In this document: piece by piece, positions 24,656 to 33,432 of the stretch
Layout: the number at the start of each line of letters is the position of its first letter
How positions within the stretch are numbered: the stretch's first letter is position 1
Source: a virus
Reading direction: 5' to 3' (one strand)
Length of the DNA stretch: 64,000 nucleotides
Virus record (IMG/VR): IMGVR_UViG_3300040856_002293
Location: 6,805-70,804 of that record
Made by a program: the position numbers and the translations under genes
Notes under the pieces: model-generated
The model's database searches: none
What the model was told of the DNA's origin: nothing
What the model saw: the letters and a program-made list of their open reading frames with translations, nothing else

Positions 24656-26014
24656 ATGAATCATGGTTCTTTATTTTCAGGTATAGGAGGATTCGACTTA
24701 GCATCTCAATGGATGGGTTGGAATAATATATTCCATTGCGAGATAGAAGAATTTCCAAGAAAGATTTTAGAGTATTATTGGCCTAAAGCAATATCTTATG
24801 AAGACATCAAAAAAACAACTTTCTCTGTTCACAGAGAAAACATCGACATCTTATCCGGTGGATTCCCTTGTCAACCTTATTCAACAGCAGGAAAAAGACA
24901 AGGAAAAAACGACAGTAGACATCTCTGGCCAGAAATGCTTAGAGCGATACAAGAAATCAGACCACGGTGGGTTGTTGGAGAAAATGTTCGTGGAATTATT
25001 AGTTGGAACGAAGGATTGGTTTTCGATGAGGTGTGTACTGAATTGGAAAATGAAGGTTACCAAGTCATCCCGTTTATACTTCCAGCTGCAGGCATCAACG
25101 CCCCGCACAAAAGAGAAAGAGTCTTCTTTATCGCAAGGAAAACTCTTGAAGACTCCAACAAGTGCAGACAGTTACACAGAAAACTTGTCGAAGAAGGAGC
25201 AAGTGTTTGGGAACAGCGGGACTTTAGCGCAGGAAGTAGTAACGGGGTTTATATATCAGAGGGGTCTGCTACAAACTCCAACCTCAACGAATATAGAGGG
25301 AAGGAGCATAGAGGCTTACCAGAGACGAAAGGAATACAGAGAGAGTATAGGAAGGACAACAGTTCCTCCAGGAAATTTGGGGGAGCAGATTCAAATTCTT
25401 ATGATGAACAAAGATCTACTTCCAACCCCCACAACACAAGAAGTGGAGACTCCTTGCGAACTAACAAAAAGTGGGAGAAGGAAACTCAAGAAAGGGGAAG
25501 ACAGTCGCAGTTTGAATATAGGCAGAATGGCAAGTATGGGGATGCTACCAACCCCAGTAGCATCGGACATAGAGGGGGGGATATCGGATCCTCGTCAGAT
25601 AAAAAACAAGAATGGGAGATGGATAAGAGTATCGGACAACACAGGAACGGAGTTTGGAGCGAAGTTGAGGGATGTAGCACAGATGCTACCAACTCCAATA
25701 GCGGGAGATTGGAAGGGTCAGTTGAGGAAAGATGGAACAGCCTCGATGTTGAGTGGGAAGGCTACATTAGGAGAATTACCAACCCCCAATACACAGCATC
25801 AGAACTCTACGGATACGCAAATACAGGATGGGAAGCCTTCCCAACTCAATCCCCTGTTTGTGGCAGAAATGATGGGATTTCCACCAGATTGGACAATATT
25901 ACCTTTCCAAAATGGAGAAGAGAATCAATCAAAGGATACGGAAACGCAATAGTTCCTCAGTTAGTTTTAAGAATATTTAAAGCTATAGAGGATTTCGATA
26001 CTTTTATGAAATAA
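24656..26014 (+). CDS. DNA (cytosine-5)-methyltransferase, alpha chain
   Basis: SLFSGIGG, GGFPCQPYS, GENV, PHKRERVF and motif X GNAIVP; motif IX absent from this frame. Confidence 0.92.
   Translation: MNHGSLFSGIGGFDLASQWMGWNNIFHCEIEEFPRKILEYYWPKAISYEDIKKTTFSVHRENIDILSGGFPCQPYSTAGKRQGKNDSRHLWPEMLRAIQEIRPRWVVGENVRGIISWNEGLVFDEVCTELENEGYQVIPFILPAAGINAPHKRERVFFIARKTLEDSNKCRQLHRKLVEEGASVWEQRDFSAGSSNGVYISEGSATNSNLNEYRGKEHRGLPETKGIQREYRKDNSSSRKFGGADSNSYDEQRSTSNPHNTRSGDSLRTNKKWEKETQERGRQSQFEYRQNGKYGDATNPSSIGHRGGDIGSSSDKKQEWEMDKSIGQHRNGVWSEVEGCSTDATNSNSGRLEGSVEERWNSLDVEWEGYIRRITNPQYTASELYGYANTGWEAFPTQSPVCGRNDGISTRLDNITFPKWRRESIKGYGNAIVPQLVLRIFKAIEDFDTFMK
24798..25952 (+). CDS. overlapping +1-frame beta chain of the C5 methyltransferase
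   Basis: 384-codon nested ORF ending in motif IX-like QLNPLFVAEMMGFPPDWT; six LxTP repeats. Confidence 0.75.
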   Translation: MKTSKKQLSLFTEKTSTSYPVDSLVNLIQQQEKDKEKTTVDISGQKCLERYKKSDHGGLLEKMFVELLVGTKDWFSMRCVLNWKMKVTKSSRLYFQLQASTPRTKEKESSLSQGKLLKTPTSADSYTENLSKKEQVFGNSGTLAQEVVTGFIYQRGLLQTPTSTNIEGRSIEAYQRRKEYRESIGRTTVPPGNLGEQIQILMMNKDLLPTPTTQEVETPCELTKSGRRKLKKGEDSRSLNIGRMASMGMLPTPVASDIEGGISDPRQIKNKNGRWIRVSDNTGTEFGAKLRDVAQMLPTPIAGDWKGQLRKDGTASMLSGKATLGELPTPNTQHQNSTDTQIQDGKPSQLNPLFVAEMMGFPPDWTILPFQNGEENQSKDTETQ

Positions 26015-26039
26015 TATCATATTTATATTAAAAAGAAAT

Positions 26040-26618
26040 ATGGATAGTCAAAAAAAACTTGGAAAAAGTGATATAAAAAACGTTGAAAAATACGCAGACA
26101 AAAAATTTGATCCTTTTAATATAGATTTCCATGGTCATTTCTTCGACCAATTAAACAATAAAAGAAATGTTAAACCTATATCTATACCTGAACTAACAGG
26201 TTTCTTTAAAAGATTATATAGACAAAAAGATAAGTTTATAGATTTTTTGAAAAAATATAGAGAAATAGTAGTTAGTGACGAAAGGTATAATCTTAATATA
26301 CCTTTTATGAAAATAGCAAATAATATAATTGCTAAAACCATAATGAGGAAAAAAGACTTCCAAACTTCTAATCAAGTTATTTATATTGAAGAATCTATTG
26401 TAAAAGAAAAAGATAAATGGGTTGTATATTCAAGTGATGGTAGTAAAAAACTTGGAATTCATAATACTAAAAAAGATGCTTTAAGTCAACTTTCTGCTAT
26501 AGAAATCAGTAAGAAAAAAAGGCTTAAAGTTAAAGAAACTTTTTATAAAGTATTAGAAAGTAAATCTATAGAAGAAAAAAAGTATTTATTAGAAAAAATT
26601 ATAAAATTAATTAAATAA
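26040..26618 (+). CDS. conserved large-phage protein (two domains)
   Basis: 'VEKYAD..F....DF..HFFD..N..RN...I...EL..FF' domain plus 'KWVVYSSDGSKKLG.H.TK..A..QL.AIE' domain. Confidence 0.8.
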   Translation: MDSQKKLGKSDIKNVEKYADKKFDPFNIDFHGHFFDQLNNKRNVKPISIPELTGFFKRLYRQKDKFIDFLKKYREIVVSDERYNLNIPFMKIANNIIAKTIMRKKDFQTSNQVIYIEESIVKEKDKWVVYSSDGSKKLGIHNTKKDALSQLSAIEISKKKRLKVKETFYKVLESKSIEEKKYLLEKIIKLIK

Positions 26619-26623
26619 AGTTT

Positions 26624-27019
26624 ATGGATTTAAAGACAAAGTTAACAGATCATATGTCTAATGAATTGTTTATTTTTATAAATAGCGAAGACTATAAAAA
26701 CTCATCTCCTGACAGTCAAAAAGAAAGTCTAAAACTAATTTTTGATAATTTATATAGTGGTTTAGAGGAATATTCAGAGAATTTTATGGATAATTTATTA
26801 CAAGGGGGTAGTGATGAAAGTTACCGAGAATATCTTGATAAAGATAGGAGAAATTGGCTATCTGCTTTACTTTTTATAATTATTTTATCATTTTCTTCCT
26901 ATACTCTTAATACTATTTTTAACATCTTGCCAAGATTTTCTTTCTTTGAAGCATTTGGATTTATTCTATTAGGTATTAACATTTATTCTATATCTTCATC
27001 TTATATTTCAAGAAATTGA
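26624..27019 (+). CDS. membrane protein
   Basis: two C-terminal hydrophobic helices. Confidence 0.75.
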   Translation: MDLKTKLTDHMSNELFIFINSEDYKNSSPDSQKESLKLIFDNLYSGLEEYSENFMDNLLQGGSDESYREYLDKDRRNWLSALLFIIILSFSSYTLNTIFNILPRFSFFEAFGFILLGINIYSISSSYISRN

Positions 27020-27039
27020 TATTTATAGTAAAACTATAG

Positions 27040-28896
27040 ATGTGGAATCTGTTTAAAGCACAGTTAATAGCAGAATATACACCAACTACATATAACTTTG
27101 CAGATTTAAATAAAGTAGGTAAGCACGGTATATATACAGAACAACTGTATAGAAGACATTTTGATATAACATCGGGTGGTAGAATATTACCAAGACCCGA
27201 TGTTCCTATCGTATTTCAAGCAGCTTCCTTAATCTATTCCTCTCAAAACAGATTCAACGTAAATGCAAATAGTCCTTTATTATCAAGTCAATTAAGATTT
27301 GATCATACCTTCTATTGGACAGCAAGAATTATAGATAGTCCAACCGCTATAATTATAACTCTTTTTCCAGGAATATGGACAGATATATTCTTTTCTCCAA
27401 ATTTTGGAGTAGGAGCAAGAAATTGGGTAGATGCAGTATCTATGTCTATGTACTTACAAAAGACTACAGTAATTGGTATAAGAATAAGTAAACTACCACC
27501 TTATCTTGTAACTCCTTGGTCAGGATTTTGCTTTAAAACCTTTGATTCAGGACTATCAGCAGCAAGTCTTTTAAGTTCAATTACAAGCGTAGTAAACGCA
27601 GAAATAAGCCTTATGAGTGCTATCATATATCAAGGCAATACTTCTGCTTTAGATTCATTCAAAGATGCATATTCTCAAATATATTCAGCAGTAATTACAC
27701 AAGACTTGGTAGATGCCGCTAATAATATACCGCCTATATATGGATCAGATTTTAGAGGCATAGATTTAACCAATCAAGCGGGAGAAGCAGATAAAAAAGT
27801 ATTAGACGCTATAACAGGACTTTGTAATCAATTTATAAGTAATTATCAGAATGCATTCCCTGGGGGACAATTTGTCCCCGGAGAGAATAGATTAATTCCA
27901 AACTTAACTATATTAGTGGGAGTTATGGGATTAGAGAATGAAAAGAAAGAGTGGATAGAAAAGTATAGAAAAGGAGTTGTAGTGATTGATTACAATGAAT
28001 TAAGATATCCTATTGCAAAAGAGTATTATGAAAGAGTAAGACCAGGTTATAGAGGTCCTTATCAAATAAGATTTCCTTATGATGAGGAATATGCAGAGTA
28101 TGAATTTTTTTATGGAGAAGATATTACATACTCATATACTTCACGAAGGTATGGTATAGGTATATCTTTTTCAGATTACATAAGAAAAAGAGATGACATA
28201 TTTCCTTTAGTTATGAAAAGAGCAGAGGATTTAATATACGACTTACTTATTCAAGGAGTACCCGTTGTATTCAATGCAAGAAATTTGGAAAGAGAAGATA
28301 GAAATCAATTACAAGCTGCTTTACAAAGAAGAATAGAATCGAAAATACAATCTGATTTCTTAAATGAATACAATTTATTAATTGAAGATAGATATTATAA
28401 TCAAAGCCAATGGACAGAAGAGCAAAGGGAAGAGTATCGTAGTAGGATACAAGCATTACTTGGAGTGACATTCTCTATGAAAATTTTTGATTATCAAGAT
28501 ATATTACCAAAAGAAATAGATTTTTCAAATGATTTAGAAGTTCAGGAATCTTTAATATTAGACCAATCTATAATAAATAAATTAGTCGATGATGATAGAA
28601 TAAACTTCTTCTTTAGGTTTGATTCCATTAATGAAGACAATGAAAAATTAATAAGACAAGATACAAGTGATAAAAATAGAATAGAATATTTAAAAGAAAT
28701 ATTGTACTATAAAATAATTGAAAATTACGATACTGAATATTTAAAAGAAGAGGGTATTAATGAAAGTTATGACCCAAGATTACTTAGAAGAATAGTTGAT
28801 ACTCAAATAAGGAGATTTGAAGATGATAAAAGGGAAAGAGAAAGAAGCACTCAAAATTCATTTTATAAAGACAATTACACAATACTATTAAATTAA
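27040..28896 (+). CDS. large hypothetical protein with degenerate P-loop kinase-like domain
   Basis: 'LTILVGVMG...VVIDYNELR...GVPVVFNARNL...R' resembles polynucleotide-kinase/AAA_33 fold. Confidence 0.75.
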   Translation: MWNLFKAQLIAEYTPTTYNFADLNKVGKHGIYTEQLYRRHFDITSGGRILPRPDVPIVFQAASLIYSSQNRFNVNANSPLLSSQLRFDHTFYWTARIIDSPTAIIITLFPGIWTDIFFSPNFGVGARNWVDAVSMSMYLQKTTVIGIRISKLPPYLVTPWSGFCFKTFDSGLSAASLLSSITSVVNAEISLMSAIIYQGNTSALDSFKDAYSQIYSAVITQDLVDAANNIPPIYGSDFRGIDLTNQAGEADKKVLDAITGLCNQFISNYQNAFPGGQFVPGENRLIPNLTILVGVMGLENEKKEWIEKYRKGVVVIDYNELRYPIAKEYYERVRPGYRGPYQIRFPYDEEYAEYEFFYGEDITYSYTSRRYGIGISFSDYIRKRDDIFPLVMKRAEDLIYDLLIQGVPVVFNARNLEREDRNQLQAALQRRIESKIQSDFLNEYNLLIEDRYYNQSQWTEEQREEYRSRIQALLGVTFSMKIFDYQDILPKEIDFSNDLEVQESLILDQSIINKLVDDDRINFFFRFDSINEDNEKLIRQDTSDKNRIEYLKEILYYKIIENYDTEYLKEEGINESYDPRLLRRIVDTQIRRFEDDKRERERSTQNSFYKDNYTILLN

Positions 28897-28901
28897 AAAA
28901 T

Positions 28902-29792
28902 ATGTACTATCGTTTTGGAAATAAAGGAGATACTGTTAGGAAGATTCAATTAGCATTAGATATAGAACCTATAGATGGTATCTATGGAAGAATGACAGAA
29001 GCTGCTGTTAAAAACTATCAGATAAAAAATAATATGCACCCTGATGGAGTTGTTACACCGGAGTTGCTGTCAAAATTGTTGGATGAGGAATATACAACTG
29101 ACTTAAATGAATCCAAAGGAGAAGAATTTAACTTTACAAGATATTGGCTCAAAGAAGATGAATACAGTAAGTCTACAACGGTAAAAGGATACTTATTTCT
29201 TCATCACACAGCAGGTAGTCATAACCCCTACAACACTATTGATATTTGGGAGAGAGATAAAAGAGGAGCAATAGCAACTGAATTTGTGATAGGAGGTATT
29301 GGTTTAAACGGTGATACTCAATACGATGGGGAAGTATTACAAGCATTTCCAGAAGGTCATTGGGGATATCATTTAGGCAATGTTGATCGACATATGCACT
29401 ATCATTCAGTAGGCATAGAATTATGCAACTATGGTCCTCTAAAAGAGAAGAGAGGCTCTTTTTACACAATCTACGGACAAAAAGTAGAGCCTGAGTATGT
29501 CACAGATTTAGGATACAAATTTCGTGGGAACAGATTCTACCACAGTTACACCGATAATCAAATAGAATCTTGCAAGAATTTAATAAAATATCTACAAGAA
29601 AGAGACAAGTTCGATGTTAACAAAGGATTGAAAGACTATCTATCCAAATTTGATGCTGATATAGCCTTTGAATATTTTAATGAGGCTGTGGAGGGGAAAA
29701 TACCTGGTATATTATCACATACTAATGTGAGGAAGGATAAATCTGATGTTTATCCTCACCCCAAATTAATAGATATGATTATGTCACTATAA
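28902..29792 (+). CDS. N-acetylmuramoyl-L-alanine amidase (endolysin) with peptidoglycan-binding domain
   Basis: DGIYGRMTEAAVKNYQ binding domain; LHHTAG, SVGIELCN, SHTNVRKDKSD Zn-amidase motifs. Confidence 0.9.
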   Translation: MYYRFGNKGDTVRKIQLALDIEPIDGIYGRMTEAAVKNYQIKNNMHPDGVVTPELLSKLLDEEYTTDLNESKGEEFNFTRYWLKEDEYSKSTTVKGYLFLHHTAGSHNPYNTIDIWERDKRGAIATEFVIGGIGLNGDTQYDGEVLQAFPEGHWGYHLGNVDRHMHYHSVGIELCNYGPLKEKRGSFYTIYGQKVEPEYVTDLGYKFRGNRFYHSYTDNQIESCKNLIKYLQERDKFDVNKGLKDYLSKFDADIAFEYFNEAVEGKIPGILSHTNVRKDKSDVYPHPKLIDMIMSL

Positions 29793-31313
29793 TTAATGTT
29801 CTAATAAATAAGAAGTTCTTACATTTTTTCGGGAAGCTGCCAAATCTCCATCCGCATTAGGCACAATAACAACGTTAAACCTTTCATTAGGATTATCTAT
29901 TTTATCTAATCTATGATTATTATACCAATCATCATATTTTAGTATGGTATTTATATTTATACCTTCTTCTCTGCTTAATTCCTTTCTGAAATCCTCCCAA
30001 TCTTTCTTTGTTTTCCACATAAGAAACTGTTTCTTTTTGACTTTTTTTCCTTTATTATTTATCGTAGAAAAGTCCATAGGTTCTTTTATGTCAGATACAT
30101 AGTCATAATCCGCAAAATCTTCAGGTACATACTTCATTCTTTTTATAAACATATTTTTTGGAACTATTTTAGCAGTTTTAGCGGAATCTACATCTACCTG
30201 TCTTAAATTGGCTGGATTTGATTCTTTTGAGAAATTAGTTACAAAATTATCTAACTTACCCAATCTATTGTATGAAGATGCATTTTTAGTGTAAGCATAG
30301 AATAGTACATTTGGAAATTTTAAAGCAACATTTTCAGCAATATCTTCATATTCTTTACTAAAGAAATCACCAGCATCATGCCATCTAATATATAATTGCT
30401 TATTTTTTCTTATAGCATCTGATTCTTTAGACTCTATAGCTTTTATAATAGTATTTTCAAAGTCTTTTGGATCATTAACTAAATGATTTAATAATCTGGT
30501 AGCTCTTAGAAAAGATCCATTATATTGGACATACCCTCCTTTCATAGCGTAACAAGAGAATATACATGCACCTGCCCCTGGACAAGTATTTACAAACATA
30601 AAATTTTTATCTGGATCACTTTCGTCAACTACTAATCCTTTTAAAGCAGGTAGTCCAATTTGCCAAATAACATCATTTTCGCTATCCGATTTTAAGGCTT
30701 TTGCATTTTGTTTTAGTATATCTTGTGAACTATATCGTTTAGTTATTAGTGACCTTAATTTATCTAAATCAAATTCTTTTTTATTAGTATCTACTATACC
30801 TTTATAGGTATCTACCGTACCTTTTTCTCTATCTGATATTGTTATATCTTTTATAGTTCCACTATGTATTCTTGGAATACCCGTTTTAAGTTTCTTCTTT
30901 CTTGGATCTTTAGATTTTTTATAATCAGATTGGGAATTAAAATCTACTAACTGTCGTAATAAATCATTTAACTGTTCATCCGAAGCAATAATACTTCTTT
31001 GATAAAAATCTTTAATTTTTTTAGAGTTAGAATCTTCATTTATAGATACTATTGTATCAATTGCTTTTTTAGTATTATATCCTTTATTAAACATATCTTC
31101 GAGTTCTTGAAACTCTAAATAAGGTATGTTTATCTTTCTTAAAGATATATATTTAGATAAATCTATTAATAACTTTTTAATCCAATTTTCTAACTTTAAA
31201 GGTACTTTTTGCTCATTAATTCTATTGGGTAATAGATTAACTAATTTAGAAGATTCTTTAGTATTTAATTCTTCTAATAATATTTTATATAATTTAGCAC
31301 TTAAAAAATTCAT
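29793..31313 (-). CDS. GP88-family (radical-SAM-like) protein with N-terminal extension
   Basis: TCPGAGACIFSCYA, IRWHDAGDFFS and FYAYTK motifs. Confidence 0.8.
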   Translation of the reverse strand: MNFLSAKLYKILLEELNTKESSKLVNLLPNRINEQKVPLKLENWIKKLLIDLSKYISLRKINIPYLEFQELEDMFNKGYNTKKAIDTIVSINEDSNSKKIKDFYQRSIIASDEQLNDLLRQLVDFNSQSDYKKSKDPRKKKLKTGIPRIHSGTIKDITISDREKGTVDTYKGIVDTNKKEFDLDKLRSLITKRYSSQDILKQNAKALKSDSENDVIWQIGLPALKGLVVDESDPDKNFMFVNTCPGAGACIFSCYAMKGGYVQYNGSFLRATRLLNHLVNDPKDFENTIIKAIESKESDAIRKNKQLYIRWHDAGDFFSKEYEDIAENVALKFPNVLFYAYTKNASSYNRLGKLDNFVTNFSKESNPANLRQVDVDSAKTAKIVPKNMFIKRMKYVPEDFADYDYVSDIKEPMDFSTINNKGKKVKKKQFLMWKTKKDWEDFRKELSREEGININTILKYDDWYNNHRLDKIDNPNERFNVVIVPNADGDLAASRKNVRTSYLLEH

Positions 31314-31337
31314 AATTTATGTTATTGATTATTATAA

Positions 31338-31754
31338 TTATTTTATTAAACTATCTTCCATATACTTTATAATCATTTTTATATCTTTTACAGAATAAAA
31401 CTCTCCTATTATCTCACCATCAGCGTATAATAGATAGGTTTTCTTATTGTTTCTAAGTAAACCTTCTGCAATTCTTAAATCTACACCATTTATATTCTTT
31501 TGGGCGATAGGGTTGTCATAGTTGAACGCCTTCTGTCTAATATCGTCTTTTCTTCTCCCAAAAAAATTAGACACATCTCCATCAACATAGTTTGATTCTA
31601 TCTCTTTTTTAAGCTCTTCAACTTCTTTTTTATCTAAAAACTTCCCCTTTACCGTATTGTCTAAAGCTGGTAATGCTATATTTTTTAATTGTTCAATTTT
31701 ATTTTCTGTTAGAAGAATTTTTATGTTGGTAGGAAGTAGTTCTTTTAGTTTCAT
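31338..31754 (-). CDS. hypothetical protein with leader (MKLKELL...LLTE)
   Basis: ORF in minus-strand block. Confidence 0.8.
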   Translation of the reverse strand: MKLKELLPTNIKILLTENKIEQLKNIALPALDNTVKGKFLDKKEVEELKKEIESNYVDGDVSNFFGRRKDDIRQKAFNYDNPIAQKNINGVDLRIAEGLLRNNKKTYLLYADGEIIGEFYSVKDIKMIIKYMEDSLIK

Positions 31755-31793
31755 AAATTTTTAAAGATTTTTAAGATATCCGAGACTTTGTGT

Positions 31794-32216
31794 TTACTCA
31801 GACTTTATACTTATTTGTTTGGGTTGCTGACTTTCTTTGTAAGGTATAGCAATACTAAGAATACCTTTAGATAGTTTAGCCTCTAATTTTTCTAAATCGT
31901 ATCTTGCAGATATTTTATACCCTAAATCAAAAGAACGTTGGGCAATAGACCTTACGATATAATTTACATCTTCCCCAATTTTTGGTTTATCGTATTTTAT
32001 ACGCAAAGTATCTGCTGTTACTGTAATTGTAATATCCTCTAACTCTGCTCCAACACATGCAAGTTGAATTTGTAATCCTTCCTCAGATTGGATTAAGTCT
32101 AAAGGATAGTTAATGGTTTTGTCCTGTACGGATGAATAATCAGTTTTTGTATCAAAGTAATTTTTTAAAAATACATCAACTGAACTAAATGGAATTGAAC
32201 TTACTTTCCTAATCAT
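31794..32216 (-). CDS. small heat-shock protein (Hsp20 / alpha-crystallin)
   Basis: YPLDL...I.I.V..DTL.I...RSIAQRSF...A.L.KGIL.I.IP motifs. Confidence 0.9.
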   Translation of the reverse strand: MIRKVSSIPFSSVDVFLKNYFDTKTDYSSVQDKTINYPLDLIQSEEGLQIQLACVGAELEDITITVTADTLRIKYDKPKIGEDVNYIVRSIAQRSFDLGYKISARYDLEKLEAKLSKGILSIAIPYKESQQPKQISIKSE

Positions 32217-32293
32217 TTTTAATAGTTTTGTGCCTCCTAAGATGGCGATTAATAAATAAAATGCTCGGCTATCTTATTTTATATAAATATATG

Positions 32294-32773
32294 CTAATTG
32301 TAGCAAATGTCTTGCTCTAACTGACCTAATATGTCTATACATTGATATTCTTGGTAATCATTAGTTTCTCTATTACTTGTATCCTCATTTTTTATAAAAA
32401 ACATACCCTTTAAGAATAAGTTTTCATAAATAAATCTGTTTATTTCTTTTGTGTTATCTGAATATATATGAACTTGATTTTTATCTAAGTCCATAACCAC
32501 ATATACAGGACTATTTCCTGATGAATCTTCCTTCTTCTTAAGCCCGAATATACCTTCCAGGTTTTCAGGTACTTCTCCCCCAAAATCTGATTCATCAAAA
32601 GTCTCTTCGGATTGGAAATATTCCTCTATAGTTCCGAAAAGATTATCCTCTAAAACTTTATTCACTTCCTCTAAAGTATTAGAAAATATTGTATTAGAGA
32701 AATGAATCTTGGATTCATCTGTTAACTGCTCAAAATAATCAAATAATTCTGAATAGTTATTAGTTGTATTCAT
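32294..32773 (-). CDS. acidic hypothetical protein
   Basis: ORF in minus-strand block. Confidence 0.75.
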   Translation of the reverse strand: MNTTNNYSELFDYFEQLTDESKIHFSNTIFSNTLEEVNKVLEDNLFGTIEEYFQSEETFDESDFGGEVPENLEGIFGLKKKEDSSGNSPVYVVMDLDKNQVHIYSDNTKEINRFIYENLFLKGMFFIKNEDTSNRETNDYQEYQCIDILGQLEQDICYN

Positions 32774-32774
32774 A

Positions 32775-33050
32775 TTATATCTCTATTTTTAAAATATTAG
32801 GTAAATAATCTGTACTTTTGTAATTACCTTGAGTTTCTTTAGATAGATTTGTTTCTATTTTAGAAGCAATATTTTTCGTATATTTTTCATTAATGTAACC
32901 TTTTTTTCGTATATTTGTAGATAATGCTGGGTGATACACTCCCTTTTCAGATATGATGTCATATTTTTTAATTTTATTAACACTATATGACTTAACTACT
33001 ATACCCAGTTCAAATTTTTGGGAAATTGGATTCTTAAAAATTACTTTCAT
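32775..33050 (-). CDS. hypothetical protein
   Basis: first ORF of minus-strand block. Confidence 0.7.
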   Translation of the reverse strand: MKVIFKNPISQKFELGIVVKSYSVNKIKKYDIISEKGVYHPALSTNIRKKGYINEKYTKNIASKIETNLSKETQGNYKSTDYLPNILKIEI

Positions 33051-33084
33051 ATGTTAAATTTTTGTTAATTTTTTAAATAACTAT

Positions 33085-33250
33085 TGACTTTGTCAAAAAA
33101 ATCCTGTAACTTTGCATATTATATTAATATTATTATATAATAATTACTATATAAATATTTTATATACTATATTATATATTTATTTTATAGTTTTTATATA
33201 GATATAATTATATATCTATTTATATATAAATATATTTTAAAAACAATATT
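33085..33250. promoter_or_regulatory. divergent intergenic region with promoter and extreme AT tract
   Basis: TAACTTTG at 33106-33113; 33115-33250 almost entirely A/T; gene orientation diverges here. Confidence 0.55.
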
Positions 33251-33252
33251 AA

Positions 33253-33432
33253 ATGATAAAAGATACATACAAGGGTAATGCTGAAAGTAAACTATTAGAG
33301 ATAAAAGATATGATTTCTAATATTGAAAAGAGCATTGATAAGAAACAAATGACTGAAGCTATACTTATAGAAAGATTATCATATCTTAAGAAAGATTTAG
33401 AAGAAGTAATATTTTTATTGTCATTATGCTAA
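33253..33432 (+). CDS. small hypothetical protein (59 aa, not in track)
   Basis: MIKDTYKGNAESKLLEIKDMI...; stop overlaps the next start. Confidence 0.6.
   Translation: MIKDTYKGNAESKLLEIKDMISNIEKSIDKKQMTEAILIERLSYLKKDLEEVIFLLSLC

Noticed and set aside
24656-26014. Intein in the long middle of the methyltransferase
   Set aside because: No C/S start or HN end splice motifs; the insert is better explained by the overlapping frame.
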